Source of the DNA: Mytilus edulis
Lineage: Eukaryota
Length of the DNA: 64,000 nucleotides
NCBI RefSeq assembly: GCF_963676685.1
Contig: NC_092355.1
Span: 36,518,001 to 36,582,000 of the forward strand
Direction: 5' to 3'
Part shown: positions 38,278 to 52,349 of the stretch, one piece after another
How positions within the stretch are numbered: position 1 is the stretch's first letter
Layout: the number at the start of each line of letters is the position of its first letter
The notes under the pieces: model-generated
What the model saw: the letters and a program-made list of their open reading frames with translations, nothing else
Databases searched by the model: none
Told to the model about the DNA's origin: nothing
Translations under genes and position numbers: made by a program

Positions 38278-40375
38278 TTTACAAGAACAGAATTCATATA
38301 TTACAAAATACAAATCACAAAGAAATGTTCTTTGATCAAAATTGTCCTATTTTAAAAATTATGACAAAAATCCAAAATGGAGGATGAATATATCAAACAA
38401 GTACTTAATAGCAAGTATAGAAATACACTTAGATTAATATCATATTTTATTAATCTGCATGCAATCATTTGACTTAAGAAAAATGTCCTTATAAATTAGT
38501 AATATGAACAATTTGAAGCTATAACATACAATATACTTATGTCAGTAGTGTATTCTTACAAATTAACCTATATATATTGATATATGTATAACTGCACATA
38601 TAATTGCACATTTAATTGTTCGAAATGTGCCCAATGAAATGCTTTGTAGTATTGTTTAATTGCTGCATCATTACTATTTTATGCTTGTTGTATGGGCCGT
38701 TGCCAAGTATTGTAATTAATGTTGTGCCAATAGAATATTTATATTTGTATTTGTATATCTGTTATTTTAGGATTGCAATTAAAGAGGAGATATTTACATA
38801 CAATAAAATTGTGAATGGAAATGGGGAATGTGTCAAAGAGACAACAACCCGACCAAAAAAAAAAAAACAACAGCAGAAGGTCAATAATCAGTTATGTTAG
38901 CATTTAATGTTCATGCCATTCAGTATTTAAAGCACAGTTTTAATCCGAATTTATAATATTTATAGGTCATACTAGTATGATTGGGTCAATCACTGGAAAA
39001 GTCATGGACTTCAGTCTTAGGAGCCGCGTCTGCAATGTATGTGAATACCATCAGCAAAGAAAAGAAATTGTTCCTGCACATGACTGTAGCAAAAATTGGT
39101 ATGGATCGAGCAAAGGTATGGAACCAGACATGGCTGTTGAAATGACCCACAACCTTAAAGATTCAGGATGCCAAATACAAGTGTTACATGCTGACAATGA
39201 TTCTACAACTACTTCTAGAATGAAAGTAGATTTTGATGACCTAGAAAAAAAGGATGACCAAAATCATGTTAAAAAAGGATTTTCAAAGAAGTTATATGAA
39301 CTGTCAAAGAAATTTAAAGAGTTGAAACACCCTGATGTCATCCCGTATATAGTGAGATGCTTTATGTATGCTGTCAAAGAAAACACTGGATCTGTGGAAA
39401 ACATTCAGCTAGCGTTGAAGAGAATGGTTTTAAACATATTTGGAGACCACATCTTGTGTGAAAATGCAGAATGGTGCACATATGCAAACGATCCATTCAA
39501 TTTTAAGTAAGATATTTTTAAATGCATGACAATGCAAGGACTGATATGGATAATTATAATAATTAAAATGCGGGTTTACCTAATACAAACACTAAATTGA
39601 CAATAAGACAAATCTCTATCCAGGACCTAAAACAGTTAATATAAGCAATTATAAATGTAAATCACATCATTGCCTTCAATGTGGACCCTTGACTCAAACC
39701 ATAAAGTTAGCCCTAAATGACCCCAAAATAAACAAACAACCAGATTCATGTAAAAAATTAGCAATGAAAAACAAATAAGTATATTATATATGTATATGCC
39801 ATGAGGCAATATCCACTGTTGTCATTCATGAAAATTGTGCATAATGAAAACTGCACTTGATTTGGACCAACTACTTGGTTCAGGCATAGCTTTTGCTGGT
39901 GATACTGGTTAAGTGAGTTGATACATACATCTTTAAATTCTAATTTGGTTTAAATTTTGATATTAGGTTCAGATGAATAAATTACAGATCATTTTCAAAA
40001 TTTAGTTATGTATACATGTATGACCTTTTTAATTATGCCCTTGATAATAACTACCGAGTGTTATTATTTTAAGGACCGGTCAATATGGCAATCAGCAAGG
40101 ACAAGTATCATATATGTAAAATTGCCACAAATTGTTGAAAAAAAAATACATGTTTGAACAATCATCCTTTTCATGTGGATACTAACTTTATTACTAGGTA
40201 TAGCAGTTTGCCAAAATAATGGTGAATGTTTGTCAACTGATGCCCTGAAACAGGAGTTAAGTGAAGTGGTTGGGAAATATGAAAGGAGGGCAAACATATT
40301 GCAGAATATGGGATCTACCCAGGCCAATGAAAATTTTAACCACATAGTTGCAAGCAAAGCTCTAAAATCAAGGTA

Positions 40376-41275
40376 CATTATTAGTTTAGTCAATCTAGCA
40401 TAAATTTGAACCCGAAAGTAATTGCAAGAGAAGATTTTTAAGTTTTAATCTTTAGCATTATACCCCAAATATACACAGAAAAAAGTCCCATAAAATCTAA
40501 CTTGAGTAAGACTGAAAAAATCACCATTTAAAACTCCTATGGAGATTTGCATTGAAAAAGGAGATAACTCTTGCAAGAAAAGGCAGAAATATCAATAAAA
40601 AATGATAACTTTACCGCTTCTATTCATTAGAATGTATTGATTCTTAATTTTTAGCAGTCTTTAGAGTATAACAAACAACTCTAAAGGTGTTTTCTTATCT
40701 TTAATCAAGCTATAATCTAGATTTTGTAATTCATTAGTTGAGCATTTATTGAATTTTTCAACATATCAAGGTAAAGAATCTCAAATTTAATCAAAATAAT
40801 TAAGCATGTATTCTTCTTTTTGTGGTTTAAAGTTTTTTTAGGTAAGTAATTTGCTGAAAAATTTAATATTCAGATATAAACAATACCAAATTTTAAACAT
40901 TATTTTTTTTGAATGGTCACAAAGCTTCAAATATGCATTTCTGCAATGAAAAATGCAACTACTCATAACACTTCAGTTATGTACATTTCATAAGCAGAAG
41001 ATTATATAATTTAGTCAAATACAAACTTATAACCCCCTCAAAGAACCATACTTAACATAACTTTCAAGAAAAACAACCAAAAACTGACCAAAAAAGACTC
41101 ATTTGTGCAAGAGTTATTGCCCCTTCCAATGTTAATTTCCATAAGAAATTAAAAATGCTAGATTTTATGGGACTTTTTTATGTGTATTTAAAGGGCATAT
41201 TGCTATAGATTAGAACTCAAACATTTTCTGTTGCAATTAGTTTGAGGTTAAATCTCAGTTTGACTGGACTATATG
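40376..41275. mobile_element. ~900-bp MITE with long imperfect TIRs and TA TSD (Tc1/mariner-type)
   Basis: TA|CA...TG|TA. Both arms share TAATTGCAA, AAAAAAGTCCCATAAAATCTA and ATAACTCTTGCA in inverted orientation. Confidence 0.7.
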
Positions 41276-41412
41276 TAAATTTTTGACATGATAATTTTAT
41301 AACTTTAATTTTATTGTTTAATTGTGTCAAATTAAATTCAGGATGTTTGATGATACATTTCATATTTGTTGTTCTGAAATTATTTATTTTTATTTATTTT
41401 TTTAAATTATGC

Positions 41413-41600
41413 TTTTTAGGTCATTTGTCCCAGAGGTCTAAGTGAGCTTTTCTCATCACTTGTTGTCCGTCATTGTTAACTTTTAACAAAAATATTCTCC
41501 TCTGAAACTACTGGGCCAAATTTAATCAAACTTGGCCACAATCATCATTCGGATATCTAGTATACAAAAATGTGTCTGGTGTCAAGGCCAACCAAGTTTA
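41413..41600 (+). mobile_element. Fragment of a Helentron-type non-autonomous element
   Basis: TTTTTAGGTCA..GTGAGCTTTTCTCATCACTT..GTCCGTC..TTCTCCTCTGAAACTACTGGGCCAAAT, a layout I recognise from mollusc HINE-like repeats. Confidence 0.5.
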
Positions 41601-44600
41601 TCAGTCACTTTATTATTCTATTGCCAACACAGTTTTGCACACACTAGGATCAACATCCTTTAGTAAGTGTTGACCAAACTTGGTACAGTATACATACTAA
41701 GTAACCTCATAAGTTCAAGATCAAAGGTAAGGTCAGAGAGTCGAATATTTACCCAGCCATGCTTTGCATTGCTCTTATTACACTGTCTTTTATATGAAAC
41801 AATTGTGTCAACTGTAAACAAACTTGGCATGTCCATAGTTTATAGATAGTATGGATCCACATTATTTCTATCTGTCATATTGTATATATCATTGGTGTAT
41901 TGTTAGGTAAAAGTTTTTCAAGGTAATTCATATTGAAAAATATAAAATTATGTTATCTCATCTGGTGACACATATATTAATTATACTTCAGGTCAATGAA
42001 GCATCACTTTTGTCTCCAGGGCAACATACCTTAAAACTAGCGAAGCAAATGGACAAAAGATTAGACAGACACAGAACTAACCAAAAAACCTCTCATTTCA
42101 AAAGAAGAAGGATTCAACTTCGAAAGTTGAAAAAAAGTCAGAATTCAGTTCACAGATTAAAGAAGGAACCACCTATGAAAATGAAACAGAAGTGAATGAT
42201 GCAATATCTGATATTCAGCAAATACCTTCTCGTCTTACTATAAATGATTCTGAAGAATTCATTATCTTTGATTTAGAAACAACAGGTTTATCTCGTAATA
42301 GTGACATCACACAGATTGCTGCATCAAGTGGGTCAAATATATTTCAAAGATATATAATGCCAAGATGTGAAATGACACACGAAGCAAGTAAAATCACAGG
42401 TCTGACATTTTCACACTCTACAAATAAAATGTACCTAAATGGAACCATAGTTCAGACTTGTGCTTTTGAACAAGCACTATTCGATTTTATTTCTTAAAAT
42501 TACAAAACAAACCTGTTCTTGTCGGACATAATATAACCAATTTTAATATGATGGTTTTGGAAAACAGATTAAGAGAATTTAGTTTGTTTGCTACATTTTC
42601 TGCTCATGTGAAAGGATTCATCGACACATTGAAACTTTCCAAGTGAGTGTTTCCAAAATATAAGGTTGGTAATTACAAGCAGCAGACACTTGTAAAGGAA
42701 GTATTAGGAACAGAATATCATGCCCATAATGCTAAAGAGGATGTTCTATCTTTGAAGGAACTTTTTTACCTGAAACTACGTGAAAATTGTACTGATGATG
42801 ATTTGCACCATGCTTACTTTTATAATTCTAGATTATCTTTGAAGCCTCTAGTCGATAAAAAAGTCATCAATACTTCAATATCTTTCAAATTAGCTAGAAG
42901 TGGAATTATTTTATCTCACTTAAAAAATGCAAAGACAAGAGACATTAATGGAATTAAAGTTATTTTGACAGAAAACAGAGTAAACAGTAAATATGTTGGT
43001 TCTATAATTCAGAGTCAGAGGAATAATACGTGACCTTTGATTGATAAAACAGAAATCAAAAGAATGTTGAATTTTTATGTGTGTTGGTACAGTACAGAAA
43101 CTGCCTTTAATTAGTTTCTTTCCAATTTCTTATATTAAAGAATTTCCACCTTAGCAAACATGATTAACCAAGCTAAACTTATAACATGTGTCCATTGATC
43201 CTTACTATGCTGTAGTACTTTTGTGTGTGGATGATTCAATTTTTTAATTCAATGTGTGCATGTTTGAATGGAAAAAAAATATGATAATTTGTATGTTGTT
43301 CTGGAAGTATGCTATTTTGTCATAAATGTGTATAGTTGACTTATTATGTGGTGCACAGTGTCCCAGTTTTTGTAGAAATAATTTACAGTCTATTTTAGGG
43401 GCTGTTTTGGTAATTAATTTACAATACAGTTATCCCCTTTTTCAGTTTTACCATGATAATTCAAAATGCCTAGCATAATTAACAAAAACATCTATTTTTA
43501 AAGACCTTTATCAATTTTGGTTAATTCTACATATAATCAAGACATTTTAAAATATAAGAAGTGTCAGGGTATATGCTACCTGAATTAATTGAGAGTTTTT
43601 TTCGCAGTATGTTGAACTAATGCATTCTTGTTCATTGAAGCACTATATTAATGTAAATGAATGTATCACCATTGTTAAAGATTCTACAGTATTGGACGAA
43701 TGAAGACCTTTACTAATCTGTAGAAAGCAGGACCATAAGAAACGATTCAGTTACGCATGCATTACAATATTTAGTCCATATTTAACATGTTAGTATCTTT
43801 TGTCTACATTTTCCTAGTCATGACATGTTGTATCCCTCTTTAAATTACTGCTTATTTTTATTATTATGATTTATTGCAAATAAAGTCTTTCGTCGATTTT
43901 TCTGTTGAATTTTTATTCATGTTTTATGCCATCTGATATTGATCGAGTATATGATTAGATGTAAGATAAGAGACACAGATTATAAAAAAGCAAACATTTT
44001 TTTTTTACTTTTTGCAAATCAACAATCCTGGATAATCTGATTGATTTAGTAGAAAATCACAACAAATATTCAATATTATGTATCTTTTATTATTTGTGAA
44101 ATATGAATTTCAGTAACCTATTGTAATGACATAAAAGTATCCTTTTTAATTCAAACTCTTCAGTAATTATAGACATACAATTTAAACATATTAAACAAAC
44201 AACAGTTATAAAGAAATGCAATTTTCAAAATATCTATCATAATTAATGTACAATTAAAAGTTGCATATACTAAAATGTATTATGTTAGTCATTGAAATTT
44301 AATACCAATGCCTTCAGTACATTTAGATCAACACAGCATTGTAAAATGTGATTATATTTCGGATAAATATCGTACTGTTGCCCTTACTGCTTCACACGTT
44401 TTTGACATAGTCCATCATTCTGAAATGTATAATTATCCCCGTTTTATAAAACGAAATTATGTTGGAAATATTTCAGTATTACATTTTTTAATCTTAATTC
44501 ATACTACAAAAATGTATACTATTCGCTTTTTGTTTGATTACGCATGTTAATTACAGCACATACTGTTTACAAACTTTCAGCAAATACAAAAAATCGTGTG

Positions 44601-46005
44601 ACACGGTTATCAGTATTCGGAGCAAATATTTTCCAGACGATAAATATAACACGTAAAACATTAAAATGCAAATGAACGAAAAAGAAAATGTTTTGTTTTA
44701 ATTGATATTACTCTGCTTAATATTTTTTTGTTATTGATAATTCCATGAACCTTGTTAATAAATTTTTTTAAAACATTGTTTACTTTGTATGTAAAAGCGT
44801 TTCACAACGAACGATTACATCTTAGTAATATGATCATAATAGAATTTGTTTGTATTTGAAACAAAACATTTTCGTTGCATATTTAAGGCACTTACCCCAT
44901 GCAGTTGCCGCACGTTAATCCGCTAAAAAATAATAGAAATCCAAATCAAAATCTAGTGTTATCACGAACTTTAGAATCGATGTTACCTTATTTGTCCAAT
45001 ACGTGTAGACCGTTTTCTAAATTCTTGACAGAAAAAAAAAATAATAATCAGTTCGGTAAGCAATGGTAAGGGCCATGTTTCGCTCCGATTATAAAATGTA
45101 ATGTTACAAGATACAACAGGTTTTAAGTTGACTTGAATACACGTGGAAAAGTTAAATAGAAAAGGGGACCATTTTAGGCCCTTATCAAAACTACTCCTTT
45201 GTATTTCCAATTAAATCACATTGAATCTCACTGACCTTTTATCAAACCGCATATTGGTCCAAATGATCTCAAATATGTTTAGTTTTGCTTTGTGCAAAAT
45301 TAGTGATATTTGTGGGAGAAATACATGATTAATCCTATTATATCAGTGATGACCTTTAAAACATTACATTGTATGAAAATTTGTGCACCATATATTATCC
45401 TTCCTTTCACATTATAATACTCTTTTGTACTTTTAAAATATACTTTTGAATCATATTATGTATCTTATTCTGCAGAAAACACGAATTGACTTTTTGATAG
45501 TTACCCTGTGTAATTTTTGCTTTTAATTTTCAAATGATTGATCGTATTTACCAAAAGGGCATAACGATAGTATGCAGTAAACATGCAAATGAGAAAGAAA
45601 TAAGCTTCCATTGCTATGCGCTCTTAATCTACCTTGAGAAATAAGTTAAAATAAGTTAATATGATTTAATGATTAATTTAGACGAATCAATCAATTGTGT
45701 TGCCTCGAGTGCTGGAAAAGGAAAATGAATGCATGTGTAATGTAGAGAAAAACTATATCGAGTCCTATATTGTAGACAATATAGTGATTGATCTTGTGTA
45801 TGCATGTCAAGACTTGTTTTAAACTTCAAATATGGTGTCAACTTTATGGTTGTTTTGCTAGTGGTCAACATCCAATGAGTAAATAATAATGATTGAAATA
45901 CTTAAAAGGGAAAGCAATTTCTTTATTTAACAGTTTTTTCCGTGTATTGCATTGCAGTTAGAATTATAAATATTCCTCTTATTCAAACTTGAACTTGATA
46001 CTTAC

Positions 46006-49000
46006 TAACTGATAAAAAAAAAGAATTGTTATTTTAGTGTGTTTACCATCACTGGTGAATTTTAAATATTTGTGTATTGCCTTGTCATGAATTGCAAAAA
46101 GGTATTTCACTTTTGATATTAAGGCTATATAGAACAGATTATGCTACTTCATGTATTTTCATCTCCTAATTAATAAACTATGCTTATTAGTTATAAAGAT
46201 TCCGAAATATCTTTAATGAAATTCCACCAAAGTTTATATGCAATGCAAATAAATATAAAGTTTTAAAACAATCATTTGTATTGATTTAAATTGACGACTG
46301 AAATAGCAACATATGTGTCTTTTAAAGAAACACTATTATCAACCAATGACAATAACAATAACGATATTTGTTCTTACAATGCATGTATGCTCGACAAACA
46401 CATGTGTTATGCTTCAAATATGGTGTCAATTTTCAGTTGTTTCGTTTATGGTAAACGCCCGATGAGTTAATAAGTTGGCTTGTGGGCTTCATCGGAACAT
46501 TTCTTTCTGTGTGTAACCGTATACACTGTTATAGATAGTGCTTCACAGTTTAAGTAATACCATTATGGCCATATTATACAGTTTATCGGGGATACATTGT
46601 CTCTTGAAATAGTAATGTTGATGTGTGATAATGATTACGAAATGTCTTAAATACATGTCAAATTATCTATAATTTAATTTACAAATACTCCTATGCATCA
46701 AACATCAACTTGCTACTTACAGACTGAAAACAAAGAATTTAAAAGTTGCATTATTCTTTTCACCATCGTTGAATCTTTTTTATTAAATTGTGTATAGCTA
46801 TGTCATGAATCGCAAAATAAGTATTGTTTTTTACTTTGCAGCTTTATAGAACAGTTGATGCTTGATTTTTATATTATAATTTTTGATCTTATGTGTGTTT
46901 GACGAAGATATTTGTGGTGCTCCCAATAAGTTTTAAATTTTCTGTTCGTTTTGCTCGTGATCAAAAGCCGATTAGTCAATAAGAAATCTTTATATCTTAT
47001 ACATTTATTTCTGTATGTAACCGTATTCCATTTTATAAATATTGGTAAAGTAATAACTGAATTGCCATATTATACAGTTTATCGGATATACATTTTCTAT
47101 TTAAATAGCAATGTTGATGTGTGATAATGATAACGAAATGTCTTTAATATATACATGTCCAACTATTGATATTTGCATCAAACATATAGAGTTTCCATGA
47201 AGCAGTCGTTGGTGATGTTTGAACTGCAAATTACATGTCTATCAAGTACAACAACACCATATAGAGCCATTTACTCAAAACATCATAAATGTTGCTCGTA
47301 GGTATAGTTGACTAAACTGGTTTCAAGCTTCTAGTGTCAATTTGCAGTTCGTTTTCCTCGTGGTCAACGGCCAAAAAGAAATGAATAATAATTGCAATAT
47401 TAAGAGGGGAAATAGTTTTCAAAGGTACCAGGATTATAATTAAGAACACCAGACGCCCATTTCGTCTACATAAGACTTACCAGTGACGCTCATGTCTAAA
47501 TATTTATAAAGGTATATAAAAAGAGCATTGAGGATCAAACATTCCAAAAAGTTGTGCCAAATACGGCTTAGGTAATCTATTCCTGGGACAAGAAAATCTT
47601 TAGTTTCACGAAAAAATCTAGGTTTTTTAAACTGGAAATGTATATAAATGACCAAATAGTTATTATGTGTATTGCATTGCAATTCAAATTACAAACACTT
47701 CTCTACATCAAACATCAACTTGCTACTTACAGACTGAAAAAAAAAATGTTACATTATTCTTTTCACTATCATTGATGATTTTTATAATGTTGTGTATAGC
47801 AATGTCATGAATCGCTAAATGAGTAATTTTTTTTTACTGTTCAGCTTTATAGAACAGTTGATGCTTGTTTGTTTTAAAGATTCAAAAATGTTGTGACTAA
47901 ACTTTCAACAATTTATACATGCATTTAAATGACTATGATGTGTTGATGTAGCAAATATTTGTGTTGACTTGAATTGACAGCTGGAACATGTGGAATAGCA
48001 ACATATGTGTCGTGTTATGAAAACCCGTAATTAAGCAATGACGTAACACATCCTGATTTTTGATCTGATGTATGCTGGTAAAAGACATTTAAGATGCTTC
48101 AAATACGTTGTCAATTTTCAGTTCGTTTCGCTAGTGATCAACAGCCGAACAGTACAAAAAAAAAGGATTGAGCTCGTTATCAGGGAAATTATTTTCAGAA
48201 TTAAACCAATACAATGTTACAGGTATTGCCTAGCATATTACCTAATATTCTTATGATCATATTATACAGTTCATCTTTTTTCTGTTGAACAGTAATGTTG
48301 ATGTGTAATAAGGATTTCGAAAATGTTTGTTATAATTGTCAAACTATTTCTATTGGCATTCAAATAATATGGTGTTTCGATGAATCAGAAATTTGGGTTG
48401 TCTTGACGACTTGAGCAACAACATAAATACATGTGTCATGAGGAGAAAAACAATATTCTATCAATGTATAACATTAGTTTTTTTCCATCATTGATATATT
48501 TTTTTCATTTTGTGTATTGTAATGTTTTGCATTGCAAATTGAGTCTTTATTTATTTTTCCTTTAAAGCTATATAGAATAATTGATCAGAATTGAATCTTC
48601 AATTGAATAAGTTACGTTTGTTTGCAATAAAGATTCCGATGTGTTTCTAATGAACTTCAAATAATTTATATATTATGCAATTATCGGAATTAAGTTTTCT
48701 TTTGAAATAGTAATGTTGATGTGTGATCAGGATCAATAAATGTCTGTAAATGTCTATAAGCTATTTCTATGAGCTTTACAAAATGTGGTGTTTTGATGAA
48801 GCAGTCATTGATGTTACTTTGAAGACTTAAACAGCAACATACATGTGTGTGTAAAGTAGAGAAAATCTATATTAAGATATATACTGCAGACATCAAGTTT
48901 GTGAACTTATGTAAGCTTGACAAGACTGGTGTTATGCTTCAAATATGGTGTCAGTTATTTGTTCATTGTCCTCGCGGTCATCGGCCAATCAGTAAATACT

Positions 49001-51649
49001 AGTTATTGTAATATTTGAAAGGGAAAACAATTTATTGTTCTAACAGCTATTACGTGTATTGCATTGCAGTTTGAATTATAAATACTTCTCTAATCAAACT
49101 TGAACTTGCTACTTACTGACTGAAAAAAAAAGAATGTTACATTAGTCTGTTTTCAGCATCATTGATAATTTATAATGTTTATGTATTGCCATGTTATGAA
49201 TTTCAAAATGGATATTAATTTATTTTTCCATCAAAGTTACATGTATATAAAATAATTGATCAGAATTGAATCGTCCATTGAATGAGTTACGCTTGTTTGC
49301 ATCAAAGATTTAGATGTGTTTCTAATGAACTTCAAACAATTTATATATTATGCAATTATCGGAATTAAGTTTTCTTCTGAAATAGTAGTTTTGATGTGTG
49401 ATCAGGATTAAGAAATGTCTTTAAATGTCTTTAAGCTATTTCTATGAGCTTTACCAAATGTGGTGTTTTGATGAAGCAGTCATTGATGTTGCTTTGAAGA
49501 CTTAAACAGCAACATACATGTATGTGTAAAGTAGAGAAATATATATTGACCTATATACTACAGACATCAAGTTGGTGTTCTTATGTAAGCTTGACAATAG
49601 TTATTGTTATATTTGAAAGGGAACACAATTTAACAGCTATTATGTGTATTGCATTGCAGTTTGAATTTTAAATACTTCTCTAACCAAACTTGGACTTGCT
49701 ACTTACGTACTGAAAAACAAACGAATGTTACATTAGTCTTTTTCAGCATCATTGATTTTTTTTATAATTGTTATGTGTTGTAGTGTAATGAATTTCAAAA
49801 TGGGTATTAATTTATTTTACCATTGAAGTTATATAGAATAATTGATCAGAATTGAATCGTCCTTTGAATAAGTTACGCTTGTTTGTAGTAAAGAGTCCGA
49901 TATTTCTCTCTTGAACTTCAAACAATTTATATATTATGCAATTATCAGAATTGAATTTTCTTTTGAAATAGTAATGTTGATGTGTGATTAAGATTAAGAA
50001 ATGTCTTTGAATGTCTTTAAGCTATTTCGATGAGCTTTACAAAATGTGGTGTTTTGATGAAGCAGTCATTGGTGTTGCTTTGAAGACTTAAACAGCAACA
50101 TACATGTATGTTTAAATTAGAGAAAATCTATATTAAGCTATATACTGCAGACATCAAGTTGGTGTTCTTGCTTAAGCTTGACAAGACAGATTTTATGCTT
50201 CAAATATGGTGTCAGTTATTTGGTAATTTTTCTCCTGGTTAACGGCCAAAGAGTAAACAATAGTTATTGTAATATTTGAAAAGGGAAACCAATTTCTTGT
50301 TCTCCCAGGTATTATGTGTATTGCATTGCAGTTTGAATTATAAATACTTCTCCAATCAAACTTGAACTTGCTACTTACTCACTGAAAAAAAAAATGTTAC
50401 ATTAGCCTTTTTCAGCATCATTGATTATTTTATAATTTTTATGTATTGTCATGTAATCAATTTCAAAATGGGTAATTAATTTTTGACATTGAGCTATATA
50501 ATATTGAGAATGGAAATGGGGAATGTGTCAATGAGACAACAACCCGACCAAATAAAAAACAACAGCAGAGGGTCACCAACAGGTCTTCAATGTAGCGAGA
50601 AATTCCTGCACCCGGAGGCGTCCTTCAGCTGGCCCCTACACAAATATATACTAGTCCAGTGATAATGAACGCCATACTAATTTCCAAATTGTACACAAGA
50701 AACTAAAATTAAAATAATACAAGACTAACAAAGGCCAGAGGCTCCTGACTTGGGACAGGCGCAAAAATGCGGCGGGGTTATATAGCACAGTTTATCAGAA
50801 TGGTATATTCTATTAAATGAGTTATTCATGTTTGTTATAAAGATATCGATACGTCTTTAATGAACTTCAAACACAATATATATGCAACAACAGAAAATTG
50901 ATGTTTTGATGAAGCAATCATTTGTGTTGGCTTGGATTTCCGGCTGGGACAACAACATATCTGTCGTGTTTAGACGAATAATAATCAACCAATAACGATA
51001 AACATAATAATTTCTGCTGTTATGTCTGCTTGACAAAGATATAAGTTGCGATTGTTCACATATGTCTTCCATTTTGAGCTCGTTATGCTCGTGTTCAATG
51101 GCTGATGAGTCAATAAGAAGGCTTGATATCTTTATAGGATAATTTATATCTGTATTTAAATGTATGCAGTGTTAAAGGTGTTTTCATGGATAACATTATA
51201 GCTATATTATACAGTTTGTCAGAATGAAATTTTCTTTTCAAATGTTGATGTGATATAAGGATTTCGATATGTCTTTACTTAAAGTCAAGCTTTTTTATTA
51301 TATTGAAACAATACGGTGTCTTGATAAAGCAGTCATTTGTGTTGCCTTGAAGACTTGAACAGCATCATACATGTATATGTCAATTGGAGAAAAACCATAT
51401 TGAGCCATATACTATTATCATCATAGTTGTTACTCTTATGTAGGCTTGACAAAACTGTTTTTATGCTTCAAATATGGTGTAAATTCTTTGTTTATTTTCG
51501 TTGTGTGAAGCGGCTATTGAGTAAATAAGTAGGATTGTAATTCTTCATTTGTAAATAGTTCATTTTTTAATCGAACATATAATTTTAGGTATTGCATTGC
51601 AGTTTAAGTAACAAATACGTCTCTTAATCAACCTTGAACAACTTACAAT
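46006..51649 (-). other. Array of seven putative 3-nt microexons of B-box gene 2
   Basis: ATT 51647-51649, TGA 50379-50381, TAC 49707-49709, TCA 49117-49119, TCT 47731-47733, TCT 46721-46723, TTA 46006-46008; all flanked by (T)nCAG-like acceptors and GTAAGT. Confidence 0.6.
50502..50778 (+). mobile_element. High-copy interspersed repeat (ATTGAGAATGGAAATGGGGAATGTGTC family); other pieces at ~13738-13810, ~38806-38885 and ~60480-61065 (reverse)
   Basis: Four dispersed copies in the window; this one is absent from the paralogous site at ~8185 and is flanked by TATATA. Confidence 0.75.
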
Positions 51650-52319
51650 CTGAAACATTAGATGTTTACCATTGTTGATTTAATGATTTATTTCGGTATG
51701 CTCGAGGTCAACGGCCGACGAGTAAATAATAACGGTTGCAATAATTTCAAAACCTGTCTCCTATTCGTGTATACTAATAATTCAACCTTCCCTTAATCTT
51801 TTGAGAAATAAAAAGATTGATATCTATTTAGAAATAAATGTAGACAAGTCAATAATGATGTCACTGTGTATGTTGCCAAAACTTTGATAGACTTGACATC
51901 AACACATTTTTGTAGATCAGCATATGTTAAAAATTGTATATTTCATGAAAATGATCTAAGTTCTCAAAACATGGATCGTCTTTCATTTTGTTTTTATTTG
52001 TGAACGCCGTTAGTGTATGTAGGAATTGCATTTTATTGAGTGATGCAATTGCTTAAGGAATAGCACGTGATGTGCAGTAAGCAAATCAGAATAAAATATT
52101 ATAATAAAACATACGTCTAATGTAGTATGTAGGAATAACTAAATAAAAACAGAACAACATAAAAACTAACAGCGGCAAGGAACTTTTTAAATATCAAGAT
52201 ACACACTTAAAAGTGAGGCTCATAAAAAATAGACACAATTAACTGTTTTGCATTTTGTTTTAAGAAGAATGAAGTTTACCTTTATATTCATATATGCAAG
52301 TAGAAATCAAAATACTTAC

Positions 52320-52349
52320 ATTTTTCCGAATGGTTGAATTTTCTCACGC
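52320..52349 (-). CDS. 30-nt exon (G-REKIQPFGK-I) of B-box gene 2
   Basis: Minus strand cttttaag|GCGTGAGAAAATTCAACCATTCGGAAAAAT|gtaagt; counterpart of 13267-13296. Confidence 0.62.

Larger units (their letters stand above)
34873..43033 (+). pseudogene. Multi-exon DDE transposase (Kolobok/Mutator-like domain) fused to a C-terminal DEDDh (DnaQ-like) exonuclease, inactivated
   Basis: Exons 34873-35311 (CxxC..GLGS..CxxC), 36534-36725, 37406-37472 (VSFDGGWQKRG, first D; duplicated at 37991-38057), 38966-39506 (CxxC..HDC..NW.GSSKGME; LHADNDS, second D), 40198-40372 (GSTQANENFN, E), 41992-43033 (FDLETTGL, GHN, FIDT, HAHNAKED). Frameshifts near 36545, 40215, 42135 and 42490; TGA at 42644-42646. Confidence 0.85.
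34742..45633 (+). mobile_element. Kolobok-like DNA transposon (~10.9 kb), decayed; DDE transposase plus DEDDh exonuclease
   Basis: Left end TTAA|GGTAGAT, right end ATCTACC|TTGA (7-bp TIR, TTAA/TTGA target, RR...YY termini). It contains the transposase gene below. Superfamily assignment comes from termini and motifs only. Confidence 0.65.
45640..51760. repeat. Tandem array of ~650-bp units (copy 2)
   Basis: Same unit landmarks as 1440-9050, with two fewer cassette-bearing units. Confidence 0.9.
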
